Source: a virus (taxonomy: Duplodnaviria; Caudoviricetes). From it: 46,803 nt of DNA. Positions within the stretch are counted from its first letter, which is position 1, and every line of letters begins with the position of its first letter. Shown here one piece after another: positions 1 through 8,279 of the stretch. The notes beneath the pieces were generated by a model that was given only the letters and a program-made list of their open reading frames with translations, searched no databases and had not been told where the DNA came from. Position numbers and translations under genes: made by a program. The DNA lies in the IMG/VR virus record IMGVR_UViG_3300012990_000005, positions 1 to 46,803 of that record, one strand, 5' to 3'.

Positions 1-1
1 G

Positions 2-47
2 GGTCAAGGTCATGGTCATGGTCAGGGTCAAGGTCATGGCCAGGGTC
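2..47 (+). repeat. GGTCAN hexamer tandem repeat encoding Ser-X dipeptides
   Basis: ggtcaa ggtcat ggtcat ggtcag ggtcaa ggtcat ggccag ggtc; frame 1 reads GSRSWSWSGSRSWPGSL-stop. Confidence 0.9.
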
Positions 48-83
48 TTTATGAACAACGATAAGCTTTTTGAATCTTATTGG
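8..83. repeat. Terminal overlap, left copy (assembly circularisation)
   Basis: 76 nt identical to 46728-46803; the flanks differ by a hexamer repeat unit. Confidence 0.95.
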
Positions 84-425
84 AGAAGCACGTTCGAGGG
101 AATGTCTGATATGGATTTTATTAAGTATAAGAATCTTGGAAAGATTAATGCTAGGTTTTCATTTTTAGCAGCTTGCAAGGTTAAAGATGAGCGCATCAAA
201 GAGCTTGAACAAACAATTCTAAATCAAGAAAAAGAACGCTAAAGGGCAGAGTCTTTTTGGAAAGACAAGCTTTCAGAGTATCAATCCAAAGTTGAGAATC
301 TTGAAAGTGCATTAATGGATTTCCATAAGGTCATCACAGAACTTCACGAGATGCCAGACGTATGTCACCTTGATGACCATTTTGAGATATTAAAGAAACA
401 TGAAGAATTACTTAAGGAGATTTAA
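51..425 (+). pseudogene. Coiled-coil hypothetical protein interrupted by an in-frame TAA at 240-242
   Basis: ATG at 51 overlaps the upstream stop (ATGA). After the TAA the same frame stays open for 60 codons (RAESFWKDKLSEYQSKVENLESAL...LKKHEELLKEI) up to the next gene. Confidence 0.6.
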
Positions 426-427
426 TT

Positions 428-661
428 ATGGATGAAACTAATGACAAAGAAGCTTCTCGCTACATAAGAAAACTCGAAGATGCGTTAAGGGATATGGTGA
501 GTGTGGTTGAGTTTTATAAACCTCAAGGAAAGTATCATGGATATAGTTCAAACAAGTCTGGTGAATGGGAAAATTACCCTGCCGAGATAATTAAAGATAA
601 TGGCGAAAAAGCCAGACAATGCCTCGAACGCAACAAAGAATTATTGGAGGGGTTGAGATGA
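428..661 (+). CDS. Hypothetical protein
   Basis: AAGGAG RBS; 77-aa ORF; ATGA overlap with the next gene. Confidence 0.8.
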   Translation: MDETNDKEASRYIRKLEDALRDMVSVVEFYKPQGKYHGYSSNKSGEWENYPAEIIKDNGEKARQCLERNKELLEGLR

Positions 662-975
662 GATGTCATTGTGGTGCAATGTCTTTTGAACCATGTACTT
701 GCGGATTTATATTTGAAAAGGATAAAACGATAATGGAAGACTTGTATAAAAAGAAAGAGAAAGAAACAGCATTAGATGTTCAAGTAGGTGGTAGTCATTA
801 TAAAAACATGGTGATTCAACCGATTGAGTTTACCCATAAGAACGGATTGAATTTCTGTCAAGGTAACATAATCAAATACGCTACGAGGTATAAAAATAAA
901 AACGGCATTGAGGATTTAAAGAAAGTTAAACACTATGCTGAACTCTTAGCTCAACTAGAATATGGAGAAAAAAAT
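658..975 (+). CDS. DUF3310 (SaV-like / T7 gp1.7-related) domain, open in frame into the downstream lipoprotein
   Basis: QVGGSHYK..IQPIEF...FCQGNIIKYATRYKNKNGIEDLKKVKHYAE motif; GGAGG RBS before ATG 658; no stop before 1593. Confidence 0.85.
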
Positions 976-1593
976 ATGAAAAAGAAGTATCTACTACCAT
1001 TGGCAGTATTAGTCGGAGCGTGCGCGACTCAAATTGAACAGCCACCAGAGAAAGTCGTGGTCACTCCTGCTAAACAAGAGTCGAAGCCAATTCAATTGGA
1101 CTCAAAGACCTGGAAAACTCCTGAATTAAAACTACCACTTGCCCCGAGTAATGAAGTATTGCAGGCGCACAAATACTTTAAAGATTATGCTAACAGTGAG
1201 GAGTTCTATAGTTATGTCAAAGCCAAAGTTCCAAGTAAACTCGAGGGTGGAAACGAGTCTGACCGAGACACAGCGATCACAAAGTTTCGTGAATGTCTCA
1301 ACACTTCTGAACCTATCATTATTCGATGGAAGACTTACTCAATTCTCTATAGAAAAAATACTATCGGAGGGTGGGATGGACAGGCCATTAACCAAAACGC
1401 AAGTTACTCTCTTGATGCGATCGAGCGTGCGGGCCATTGGGTTCATGAGATCACGCACAAGTGCGGATTCACCCATATCCACAACAGTATAACTAGATAC
1501 CCTATCATCAGAAAGTCATGGCCATACCAAGTAGGTTATGCCTTTGAAGATTTCATAACTGAAAAATCTAAACGATCACTAGCAGCGGAGTAA
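976..1593 (+). CDS. Lipoprotein with zincin-like HEXXH metalloprotease motif
   Basis: GGAG RBS; MKKKYLLPLAVLVGA-C lipobox; HWVHEITHKCGFTH zinc motif. Confidence 0.75.
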   Translation: MKKKYLLPLAVLVGACATQIEQPPEKVVVTPAKQESKPIQLDSKTWKTPELKLPLAPSNEVLQAHKYFKDYANSEEFYSYVKAKVPSKLEGGNESDRDTAITKFRECLNTSEPIIIRWKTYSILYRKNTIGGWDGQAINQNASYSLDAIERAGHWVHEITHKCGFTHIHNSITRYPIIRKSWPYQVGYAFEDFITEKSKRSLAAE

Positions 1594-1595
1594 CT

Positions 1596-1733
1596 ATGAA
1601 TCACTGGTATCCTATGGTTTGGTATATACTTGGACTTATCACCTATCACTACTTTGGAGTTTATAGTAAAGCGAGAAAGAAAATATTCCAAGGTGGAGAG
1701 ATCGACTTGATAAGAAACCTAAAGTTTAAATAA
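1596..1733 (+). CDS. Small hydrophobic peptide (45 aa)
   Basis: GGAG RBS; MNHWYPMVWYILGLITYHYFGVYSK...; fills the gap between genes. Confidence 0.55.
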   Translation: MNHWYPMVWYILGLITYHYFGVYSKARKKIFQGGEIDLIRNLKFK

Positions 1734-1797
1734 AGTTGAACGAAGAGGGGAGAGCGAGTAAGTAGTCTGACAAGATTTACTTACAGGAGGAAACATA

Positions 1798-2391
1798 ATG
1801 ACAATCTATTCTAACAAACAAATCATCGAACGCATGGACGAACTAACTCACGAGCAGTTAATTGCTAAAGTCATTCGTATTCTCGCATCACAGGATATGT
1901 CAGAGAGAATGAGACAGCGTATAGCTAACATCATGATGAGCGATGCTATCCAAGAAGAATTAAACCCTAAAGTTCCTATCGACTCACATCGGTTAGTTCC
2001 GGCAGATAAACTCTTTACACTTGCTCACTCTCCGATGATGGAGTACGCCAGAGAAATTATTCAAGCGGCACTAGACCCGAGAGGGCCACACGCCACACGC
2101 GAAATCATGTTAATCGCTGCCACATTAAAAGGTGGAAAAGCTTTCTACATTAAAGCAGATGGCATCAAGCAAGAGTGGAAGAACCAAGTCGGATACATTC
2201 TTTCCATGGCAGGATTTGAAAGAAGAAGCGTCTATAATAAAGAAAGACAAATGCCCCTAAAAGCTTGGAAGTCAAGAGCAGGATGGACAATATTCGACGT
2301 AGATCAAAGACTCGCTGAAGTTGAAACCACCCTAGGCATATACGCCAGTAACCCAAAACAATTACCTTCACTAATAGGAAAATACTTATGA
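1798..2391 (+). CDS. Hypothetical protein, possible winged-helix DNA-binding C-terminal half; ends SLIGKYL
   Basis: AGGAGG RBS; NQVGYILSMAGFERR...AWK resembles the C-terminal wHTH of VirE primase-helicases. Confidence 0.75.
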   Translation: MTIYSNKQIIERMDELTHEQLIAKVIRILASQDMSERMRQRIANIMMSDAIQEELNPKVPIDSHRLVPADKLFTLAHSPMMEYAREIIQAALDPRGPHATREIMLIAATLKGGKAFYIKADGIKQEWKNQVGYILSMAGFERRSVYNKERQMPLKAWKSRAGWTIFDVDQRLAEVETTLGIYASNPKQLPSLIGKYL

Positions 2392-2666
2392 AGAAAAAGA
2401 AAATTAAAGTCGGATTCACTGAACAACAACACCAAATAGTTCATGAGTTCTTGAAGTTCATTCAACCTCAAGCCGAGAAAGAGCTAGTCTCTCCCGTACA
2501 GGTGCGCGTCGATTGGTCAGATCAAAACGATGTCAAAGCACCTCATGTATTCTTAAAAGGAAAAGCGGCAGAGAAAACAATTCTCATTAAAGACATCTTA
2601 GAAGCAGATGATAAAAGAGTTCTTGCCCCACTACATATCGTTAAAGGTGGTAGCGATGTCCACTAA
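2388..2666 (+). CDS. Hypothetical protein
   Basis: ATGA-coupled 92-aa ORF. Confidence 0.75.
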   Translation: MKKKKIKVGFTEQQHQIVHEFLKFIQPQAEKELVSPVQVRVDWSDQNDVKAPHVFLKGKAAEKTILIKDILEADDKRVLAPLHIVKGGSDVH

Positions 2667-2916
2667 TATCAATTGGGATATTGTCACTGAACAAGCAAAG
2701 AGGAAGTCGCAGGAGTTCGCGAAGACCCACGCCAATCAGACACTCGAAGCGGCCTTCTATGCAGGATACATGGAGAACGCAGCGGAAAGAGAATCACTTC
2801 GAGTTATTAAAGAAAGATTAGAGTCGAAGCCAATCTCAGGGCCAGAGTTCGGACATATTGTAAGGACGAAAAACATTGCACCCGAATTACCATCATTAGG
2901 AAGCAAATACCTATGA
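2656..2916 (+). CDS. Hypothetical protein; ends SLGSKYL
   Basis: AAGGTGG RBS before ATG 2656; ATGA overlap with the helicase. Confidence 0.75.
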   Translation: MSTNINWDIVTEQAKRKSQEFAKTHANQTLEAAFYAGYMENAAERESLRVIKERLESKPISGPEFGHIVRTKNIAPELPSLGSKYL

Positions 2917-4319
2917 AGCAACCTCGACCGCACCAATTAGACTTTGCTCACTTCCACAGGCGCACAGGCCCTCACTCGGATAAGCTTAAAGGTCTTCTAG
3001 GATCAGTCGCGTTTCATGGTATGGGACTAGGTAAAACCCTCGAAGGTTTATGGGAAGCACGCGCTCTTATGGGAAACCTTAGACGTGCCGGAGTTCTAGC
3101 CCCAAAGTTCATGGTCATTTGCCCCAAGTCAGCAGTACCTACATGGCAAGTCGAGTGCTACAACGAATGTCGTGACCTCGTAGGCGATATGATAATCGTA
3201 CCATATTCTCAGCTTCATCACGCCATTAAGAAACTAAAGTACATCGACCTTAGAATGATAATATTCGATGAGAGTCACAAGCTTAAAGGTACAGACACCG
3301 ACAGGGTCAAGCAGCTTGCGGCCTTCATGCACGAAGTAGGTACAATCAATAATCAATTTAGCGGTGGAAGAATAATCATGGCGACAGGTACACCACTACC
3401 AAACCATGCAGCCGAACTTTATACTTCATGGGCATTATGTGGATCACGCCATCCGGTAGAAGCAGCAGAAAGATTAGTCGATGAGAAAAGAATTACTAAT
3501 TGGAAGTCTACCTTTGCTAATAAGATTGATATTAATTGGGTCATAGGTAAGAACAAACCGAAGAGTCAGCAACGTATGGGCCATGCTTCTAAACTCGAAG
3601 GGCTAAAGAACGAAGAGATGCTATGGCAGTTACTAAACCCTATCGTTCATTACGTACCAGTGGATAAGGCAAGCCTTCCCCCATTCACCATGCAAACAAT
3701 TAACCTAAACCTTCCGGACGATACGCTCTTAAAGAACGCAGACATCGATCGTCCGGAAGCCTACATGGCATTGGTAGAAAGAATAGCAAGAGCGAAGACA
3801 CCATATTTAATTGATTGGGTAAAGACTTTCATCGAAGGTACTAAAGAGCAGTTAATAGTTTTCTCAATGACCAGACACCCCGTTGATAAATTAAAAGAAA
3901 TGTACCCGAAGCACGTTCGTATGATAGTCGGATCAGGTGAAGGATCTTCCGCAAAAGAAAGGGCGCAGAACCTCGCAGACTTTCAACAAGGAAAGTTTCA
4001 GATACTTGCTATGACCTACGCGGCAGGGTCGGAGTCACTTAACTGTCAGAATTGTATGTACTCTCTTTACAGCGGTTACCCGTGGAATGCAGCAGCATTG
4101 GATCAGGCAATGGCGCGGACGTACCGAACCGGACAGCAGCGGCCAACATTTCACTACTTCCTTACAAGTGGAGAAAATGATCAACATATTCTAGGACTTG
4201 TGAATAGTAAGCGAGAAACAACACAAAGAGTTGAACGACTTCTCTTACAGGGAAGTCAGAACATAACAGAAAAATCTAGCGAAAATAATAATAATAATTT
4301 ACTTGCTAGATACCTTTAG
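2913..4319 (+). CDS. SNF2-family (SF2) DNA helicase
   Basis: MGLGKT Walker A, ICPKS, DESH, TGTP, and QAMARTYRTGQ motif VI. Confidence 0.93.
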   Translation: MKQPRPHQLDFAHFHRRTGPHSDKLKGLLGSVAFHGMGLGKTLEGLWEARALMGNLRRAGVLAPKFMVICPKSAVPTWQVECYNECRDLVGDMIIVPYSQLHHAIKKLKYIDLRMIIFDESHKLKGTDTDRVKQLAAFMHEVGTINNQFSGGRIIMATGTPLPNHAAELYTSWALCGSRHPVEAAERLVDEKRITNWKSTFANKIDINWVIGKNKPKSQQRMGHASKLEGLKNEEMLWQLLNPIVHYVPVDKASLPPFTMQTINLNLPDDTLLKNADIDRPEAYMALVERIARAKTPYLIDWVKTFIEGTKEQLIVFSMTRHPVDKLKEMYPKHVRMIVGSGEGSSAKERAQNLADFQQGKFQILAMTYAAGSESLNCQNCMYSLYSGYPWNAAALDQAMARTYRTGQQRPTFHYFLTSGENDQHILGLVNSKRETTQRVERLLLQGSQNITEKSSENNNNNLLARYL

Positions 4320-4361
4320 GCTAACTTAACGTACTAAATACATCTGAGGGGATGAAAATTT

Positions 4362-5651
4362 ATGCAAACTTTAACGGTAAAAATTAACCCGGCGTTTATT
4401 AGTTTTGTCAGACCATCTGACCACAGCATATTCTCACCAAGCGCAGCCGACCGATGGATACTTGGGTCATGCCCATTCTCAGTGAACTATTGCAAAGACA
4501 TTCCTAACGAATCATCAAAGTATTCTGAAGAGGGAACCTTAGCGCACAGCCTATGCGAAGCTCTTTTCCGTAAAGAGTTTTACATGATGACTATTCCTGC
4601 TGAACTCATGATGAAAATTGCCATGAGTACCGATGACAACGGAACCGAGATGTTCCAATGCGCTCACCAGTACGTCGAGATACTTAGCTTCTGGCTTGCC
4701 AATAAAGAAATAATCGGTGACGTGATCTGGTTCAAACTCGAAGCCCCGACTCCTGTATTCCCTGACAAAGGATGCTTCGGGACTTCCGACTGTATCATTG
4801 TCGGTACGAAAGCAGCAGTCATCATCGACTTTAAATATGGTAAAGGGAAGAACGTCAAAGCAGATACGCTTCAATGTAAAGTCTACGCGGCAGGACTCGC
4901 ACGCTACCTTGAAAATGTTCCAGAAGATTATAAGATTCATATTGTTATCCACCAACCTCGCACAGATATTTACCCGAAAGAACACGTCTACTCTATGCAA
5001 GAGTTGTACCACTTCTTAGGTGTGATATGGGAATCGATCTTAGCTTCGGAGAAACCTAACTTAGTTCCGAACGAGGGGAACCATTGCTATTGGTGTCCGG
5101 CCAAAAGAACTAAACTTCCTTCTAAGTTATGCCCTTCAATCACTCAGAAACAAATTGCAGTAGCAGAAGAAAAGTTCCACGAGTTCCTAGCAGATATGAA
5201 CGCACCAGTTGAAAGTTTAACTGCACCTAATCCAAAGAGAGATCAAGCGATCTTAAAACTTCACACGCTTTTCCCGATCATCAAAGACATAGTTGAATCG
5301 ACGACTGCTGAGATCGAGATGAGAATTAAAAGCGGTGAATATGTTGATGGCTTCTCATTAGAAGATGAAGTAGGAAGACGTGAGATCGTCGGCACTAATG
5401 ATCAAGAGAAAGCGCAAGCAATCTTATCGAAGTTCCCTAATGCACAGGTATGGAAACAAATCCCTGCTACAACAAAGCTTAGAACGCTTTCCGAAATTGA
5501 AAAAGATTTAGGAAAGAATAAGCTTGATGTTGTATGTACGAAAAAAGTTGTTAAAAAGGTTAAGGTACAAGACGAAGCGGCAAAGAGAACGCTTGGTCTT
5601 ATGAACCAATATGCACAAATGATTACTAACGGCAGCCAACAAGGAGAATAG
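4362..5651 (+). CDS. DUF2800 Cas4-like PD-(D/E)XK exonuclease
   Basis: SPSAADRW..C, EEGTLAH, GTSD..IIDFKYGKG, QxxxY, HQPR, and the HCYWCPAK..CP cysteine cluster. Confidence 0.9.
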   Translation: MQTLTVKINPAFISFVRPSDHSIFSPSAADRWILGSCPFSVNYCKDIPNESSKYSEEGTLAHSLCEALFRKEFYMMTIPAELMMKIAMSTDDNGTEMFQCAHQYVEILSFWLANKEIIGDVIWFKLEAPTPVFPDKGCFGTSDCIIVGTKAAVIIDFKYGKGKNVKADTLQCKVYAAGLARYLENVPEDYKIHIVIHQPRTDIYPKEHVYSMQELYHFLGVIWESILASEKPNLVPNEGNHCYWCPAKRTKLPSKLCPSITQKQIAVAEEKFHEFLADMNAPVESLTAPNPKRDQAILKLHTLFPIIKDIVESTTAEIEMRIKSGEYVDGFSLEDEVGRREIVGTNDQEKAQAILSKFPNAQVWKQIPATTKLRTLSEIEKDLGKNKLDVVCTKKVVKKVKVQDEAAKRTLGLMNQYAQMITNGSQQGE

Positions 5652-5654
5652 ACT

Positions 5655-6503
5655 ATGGCTTTCACACAAGAACAACAAAACTTTTTACGGACTGAGTTCG
5701 CTCTTAAAGGTAGGATCATGTTTCCTAATCTTCTAAGACTCAAGAAGAAAGACAAACTAGAAGATCGTGACATCTACGATACTATGTTTGTACTAGACCC
5801 AAGAGAGAACGCTAACACAATTGCACAGATCAATAACTTCATTGCTCAATGTAATCAGATCGCTCACCAAGGAATCATTCCTGCGGCAATCCTTCCTATC
5901 TGGAAAGCTTACGGGGTTCAAGGTTATCCTGATTACGTTAAACAAAATGGTCAGCCTAATCCTGATTACCTTAAAGGTTTCATGTGGGTAAATGCTTCGA
6001 CGGGTAGAGATCTACCTCCTGCGGTTTATAAGCAGACTTCTATGGGCCTATTAAAGCTTACTGAGAATGATGATGCTGAAGTTTATTCAGGTCGTAATGC
6101 TGTCATCAGTATTAACTTCTGGCCCATGCTTCCTAAACCAGAATCGAAGAACCAGAAGCGCGGATACTATATCAACGTGAAGGGCGTTCTATTGCAAGAA
6201 GGTGGAGACAGATTAGGTGGCGCACCTGACCTCGACCCTAACAAAACTTTCGGAAGTTTCCTTCAAGACATGGGCGCGCAACCAAACTTTGGTGGCTTTG
6301 GTACAGCACCTCAAGGCGCACCTCAAGCACCTACCCAACAGCAAGCTCCTCAAGGTCAACACTTCCAACAAAACCCATGGGGCCAAGCTCCTCAAGGTCA
6401 AGGTCTTCCTCCAATGGGTAACGGATTCGCTCCGAACAATGGACAATGGACAAGTTCAACAACAGCAATATCAACAACCAACATGGCCACCAGTAAACGG
6501 TAA
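5655..6503 (+). CDS. Single-stranded DNA-binding protein (DUF2815 / T7 gp2.5-like); tail apparently frameshifted
   Basis: GRIMFPNL, WVNAST..PAV, EVYSGRNA, RG..INVKGV...GDRLGG; Q/P/G-rich tail; synteny with DUF2800 and the polymerase. Confidence 0.85.
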   Translation: MAFTQEQQNFLRTEFALKGRIMFPNLLRLKKKDKLEDRDIYDTMFVLDPRENANTIAQINNFIAQCNQIAHQGIIPAAILPIWKAYGVQGYPDYVKQNGQPNPDYLKGFMWVNASTGRDLPPAVYKQTSMGLLKLTENDDAEVYSGRNAVISINFWPMLPKPESKNQKRGYYINVKGVLLQEGGDRLGGAPDLDPNKTFGSFLQDMGAQPNFGGFGTAPQGAPQAPTQQQAPQGQHFQQNPWGQAPQGQGLPPMGNGFAPNNGQWTSSTTAISTTNMATSKR

Positions 6504-6541
6504 CGGCAATGGTAATAACGGATACTAATAGGAGAATGACA

Positions 6542-7156
6542 ATGTTTAAATTAACAATCGCATTTAATAGTCTTGCAGAACTTTCTTCTTTCGTTAAGAA
6601 GATGGGCGACGAAGTGATCGGTGGGAACATCGAACACGTTCAACCAGTAACTAAAGAAAGCGTTCCTGTTGCTACTGAAGAAGTCGCAGCACCTAAGAAG
6701 AAATCTTCACGCTCAACTAAAGTAACTATGGAGGCTCCCTCTCATGACCTCGCACCAAAGTTCGATGCTGAACCAATCGGAGGATCACCATTCCCTTCAG
6801 CACCAACAAGTTTCACCCCGGGAATTGCAGCAGCACCAGTACATGCTGAACCAGTACATACTCCTGCTCCAACCACAGTACAGCCTGCACCAAGCATCAC
6901 TCCTGTGGCTCAAACTCAAGTCGATCCCGTTAGACAACAGTGGAACGCAGCTTGTGGACAATTGATTCAAGCCTTAGAGAAGACAGGACTTTCTCAAGTG
7001 GACTGCGATCAAATTATCCAAGGTGCATTTGCTTCTGCCGGATGCGCTCCGACTCGTATCACTATGTTGACGGACGCTCAAATCCAATTGTTCTACCCTG
7101 CTTTAGACCAAGCGGTTAAGCAAGTGGCAGCAGGACTGACAGCTTCTAAATACTAA
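6542..7156 (+). CDS. Hypothetical protein with Pro/Ala-rich linker and helical C-domain
   Basis: AGGAG RBS 7 nt before ATG 6542; similar architectures commonly flank DUF2800/DUF2815 genes. Confidence 0.8.
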   Translation: MFKLTIAFNSLAELSSFVKKMGDEVIGGNIEHVQPVTKESVPVATEEVAAPKKKSSRSTKVTMEAPSHDLAPKFDAEPIGGSPFPSAPTSFTPGIAAAPVHAEPVHTPAPTTVQPAPSITPVAQTQVDPVRQQWNAACGQLIQALEKTGLSQVDCDQIIQGAFASAGCAPTRITMLTDAQIQLFYPALDQAVKQVAAGLTASKY

Positions 7157-7161
7157 TATCG

Positions 7162-7179
7162 CTAGGGCCTTCGGGCCCT
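7162..7179 (+). promoter_or_regulatory. Stable intergenic hairpin with cUUCGg tetraloop
   Basis: tagggcc-ttcg-ggcccta with no U-tract, so more likely an mRNA stability or processing element than a terminator. Confidence 0.7.
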
Positions 7180-7196
7180 ACATTCAAGGAAAGAAT

Positions 7197-7517
7197 ATGA
7201 GCATACAATCCTACCTAACAGGTAAACTCTCCGAAGAGGAGATCAAAGAATCAATCCAAGAACATTCTTCAGAATACTATTCATTAGTAACTGAGAGAAT
7301 CCTTCCGCAGATGGCACACTTAATGAAGCTTATCTATGCGGTTAAACCAAGTAAGCAAGTTCAGTTATCACTTCAAGACCTCGAGTCGATTAACCTTCAC
7401 ATGATTAATCTAATCCAACATGGGCCAAAGACTCCGCTTGAAGAGATACCACTCGAAGAATCAGAAGTAGAAGAGGACTTTGAATTTGAAACAGATGAGG
7501 AGAAAGATCATGAGTAA
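7197..7517 (+). CDS. Acidic hypothetical protein
   Basis: AAGGA RBS; Glu-rich C-terminus. Confidence 0.75.
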   Translation: MSIQSYLTGKLSEEEIKESIQEHSSEYYSLVTERILPQMAHLMKLIYAVKPSKQVQLSLQDLESINLHMINLIQHGPKTPLEEIPLEESEVEEDFEFETDEEKDHE

Positions 7518-7638
7518 TTTACCGACACCTTGGCAACAGTTCTACCTATCAGGATTTAGGTATAGACCGACTAAAACTTTTCTAGATGGAAGACCGTACT
7601 ACAAAACTAACAGCCGACCGTGGGCAAAACAGGATTAA
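7510..7638 (+). CDS. Small hypothetical protein (42 aa)
   Basis: GAGGAG RBS; MSNLPTPWQQFYLSGFRYRP...; fills the gap. Confidence 0.55.
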   Translation: MSNLPTPWQQFYLSGFRYRPTKTFLDGRPYYKTNSRPWAKQD

Positions 7639-7643
7639 TAACT

Positions 7644-7880
7644 ATGAGTAGATTTGAATATGTTAAGTTCGATGCAAGAGCAACACGTCAACAAGAAAAC
7701 ATTAAGAACCAAGTATTAGAACTAGAAGCTTTGATCGAAGACCTTAAAGGATCATCGGTTCATGTACTACGTGCAAAAGCTTTGGCCCTAACTAAACTCG
7801 AAGAAGTTTATATGTGGACAGGTAAAGCAATCCGTGATGCTCAGACTGAAAGAACTAACAGAACGAAAAAGAAAAAGTAG
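7644..7880 (+). CDS. Acb2/Tad1-like helical-hairpin protein (putative immune-signal sponge)
   Basis: RAKALALTKLEEVYMWTGKAI matches the R..ALA.TKLEE..MW...A hairpin signature; 78 aa. Confidence 0.7.
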   Translation: MSRFEYVKFDARATRQQENIKNQVLELEALIEDLKGSSVHVLRAKALALTKLEEVYMWTGKAIRDAQTERTNRTKKKK

Positions 7881-7886
7881 GACATC

Positions 7887-8279
7887 ATGGAAAATGAAAA
7901 ATTAAAAGACGTACCGATAACTCTACCTGACGAAACTCAAGTTGTTAAAGGCATGAAGATTTTTTCAGTAGAAAAACTTTCACCTACATCTTATGACCAG
8001 AGGGGAGGAAACTACTACCGTACTCACACAGGTTCAGTATCATCGAAGATAGTGGAGCATACTGTAGTAGCTGTTAATCAGGCAGCGAACTCAAGAAGCT
8101 TTACCATCAGAAGCGATCGAGGATGCGAACATACCTATACTGTTAAGAACTCTTGCCTCCCTCACCTGTACGGTAAGAAAGCAAATGCAATTGCAAAACA
8201 GAAAGAATTTATCACGGAAGATATTGAGGCTCTTAAAAAGAAAACGATCACAGCTTTAAGAAAACTTAAGTATGATTAA
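7887..8279 (+). CDS. Hypothetical protein
   Basis: 130-aa ORF overlapping the polymerase start. Confidence 0.75.
   Translation: MENEKLKDVPITLPDETQVVKGMKIFSVEKLSPTSYDQRGGNYYRTHTGSVSSKIVEHTVVAVNQAANSRSFTIRSDRGCEHTYTVKNSCLPHLYGKKANAIAKQKEFITEDIEALKKKTITALRKLKYD

Noticed and set aside
12-50. N-terminal MVMVRVKVMARVF extension of the first ORF
   Set aside because: It is an off-frame reading of the hexamer repeat; the true start is probably ATG 51, coupled to the micropeptide stop.
240-242. Stop-codon reassignment
   Set aside because: TAA, TAG and TGA all end well-defined genes and the long genes are intact in code 11; this is an isolated case.
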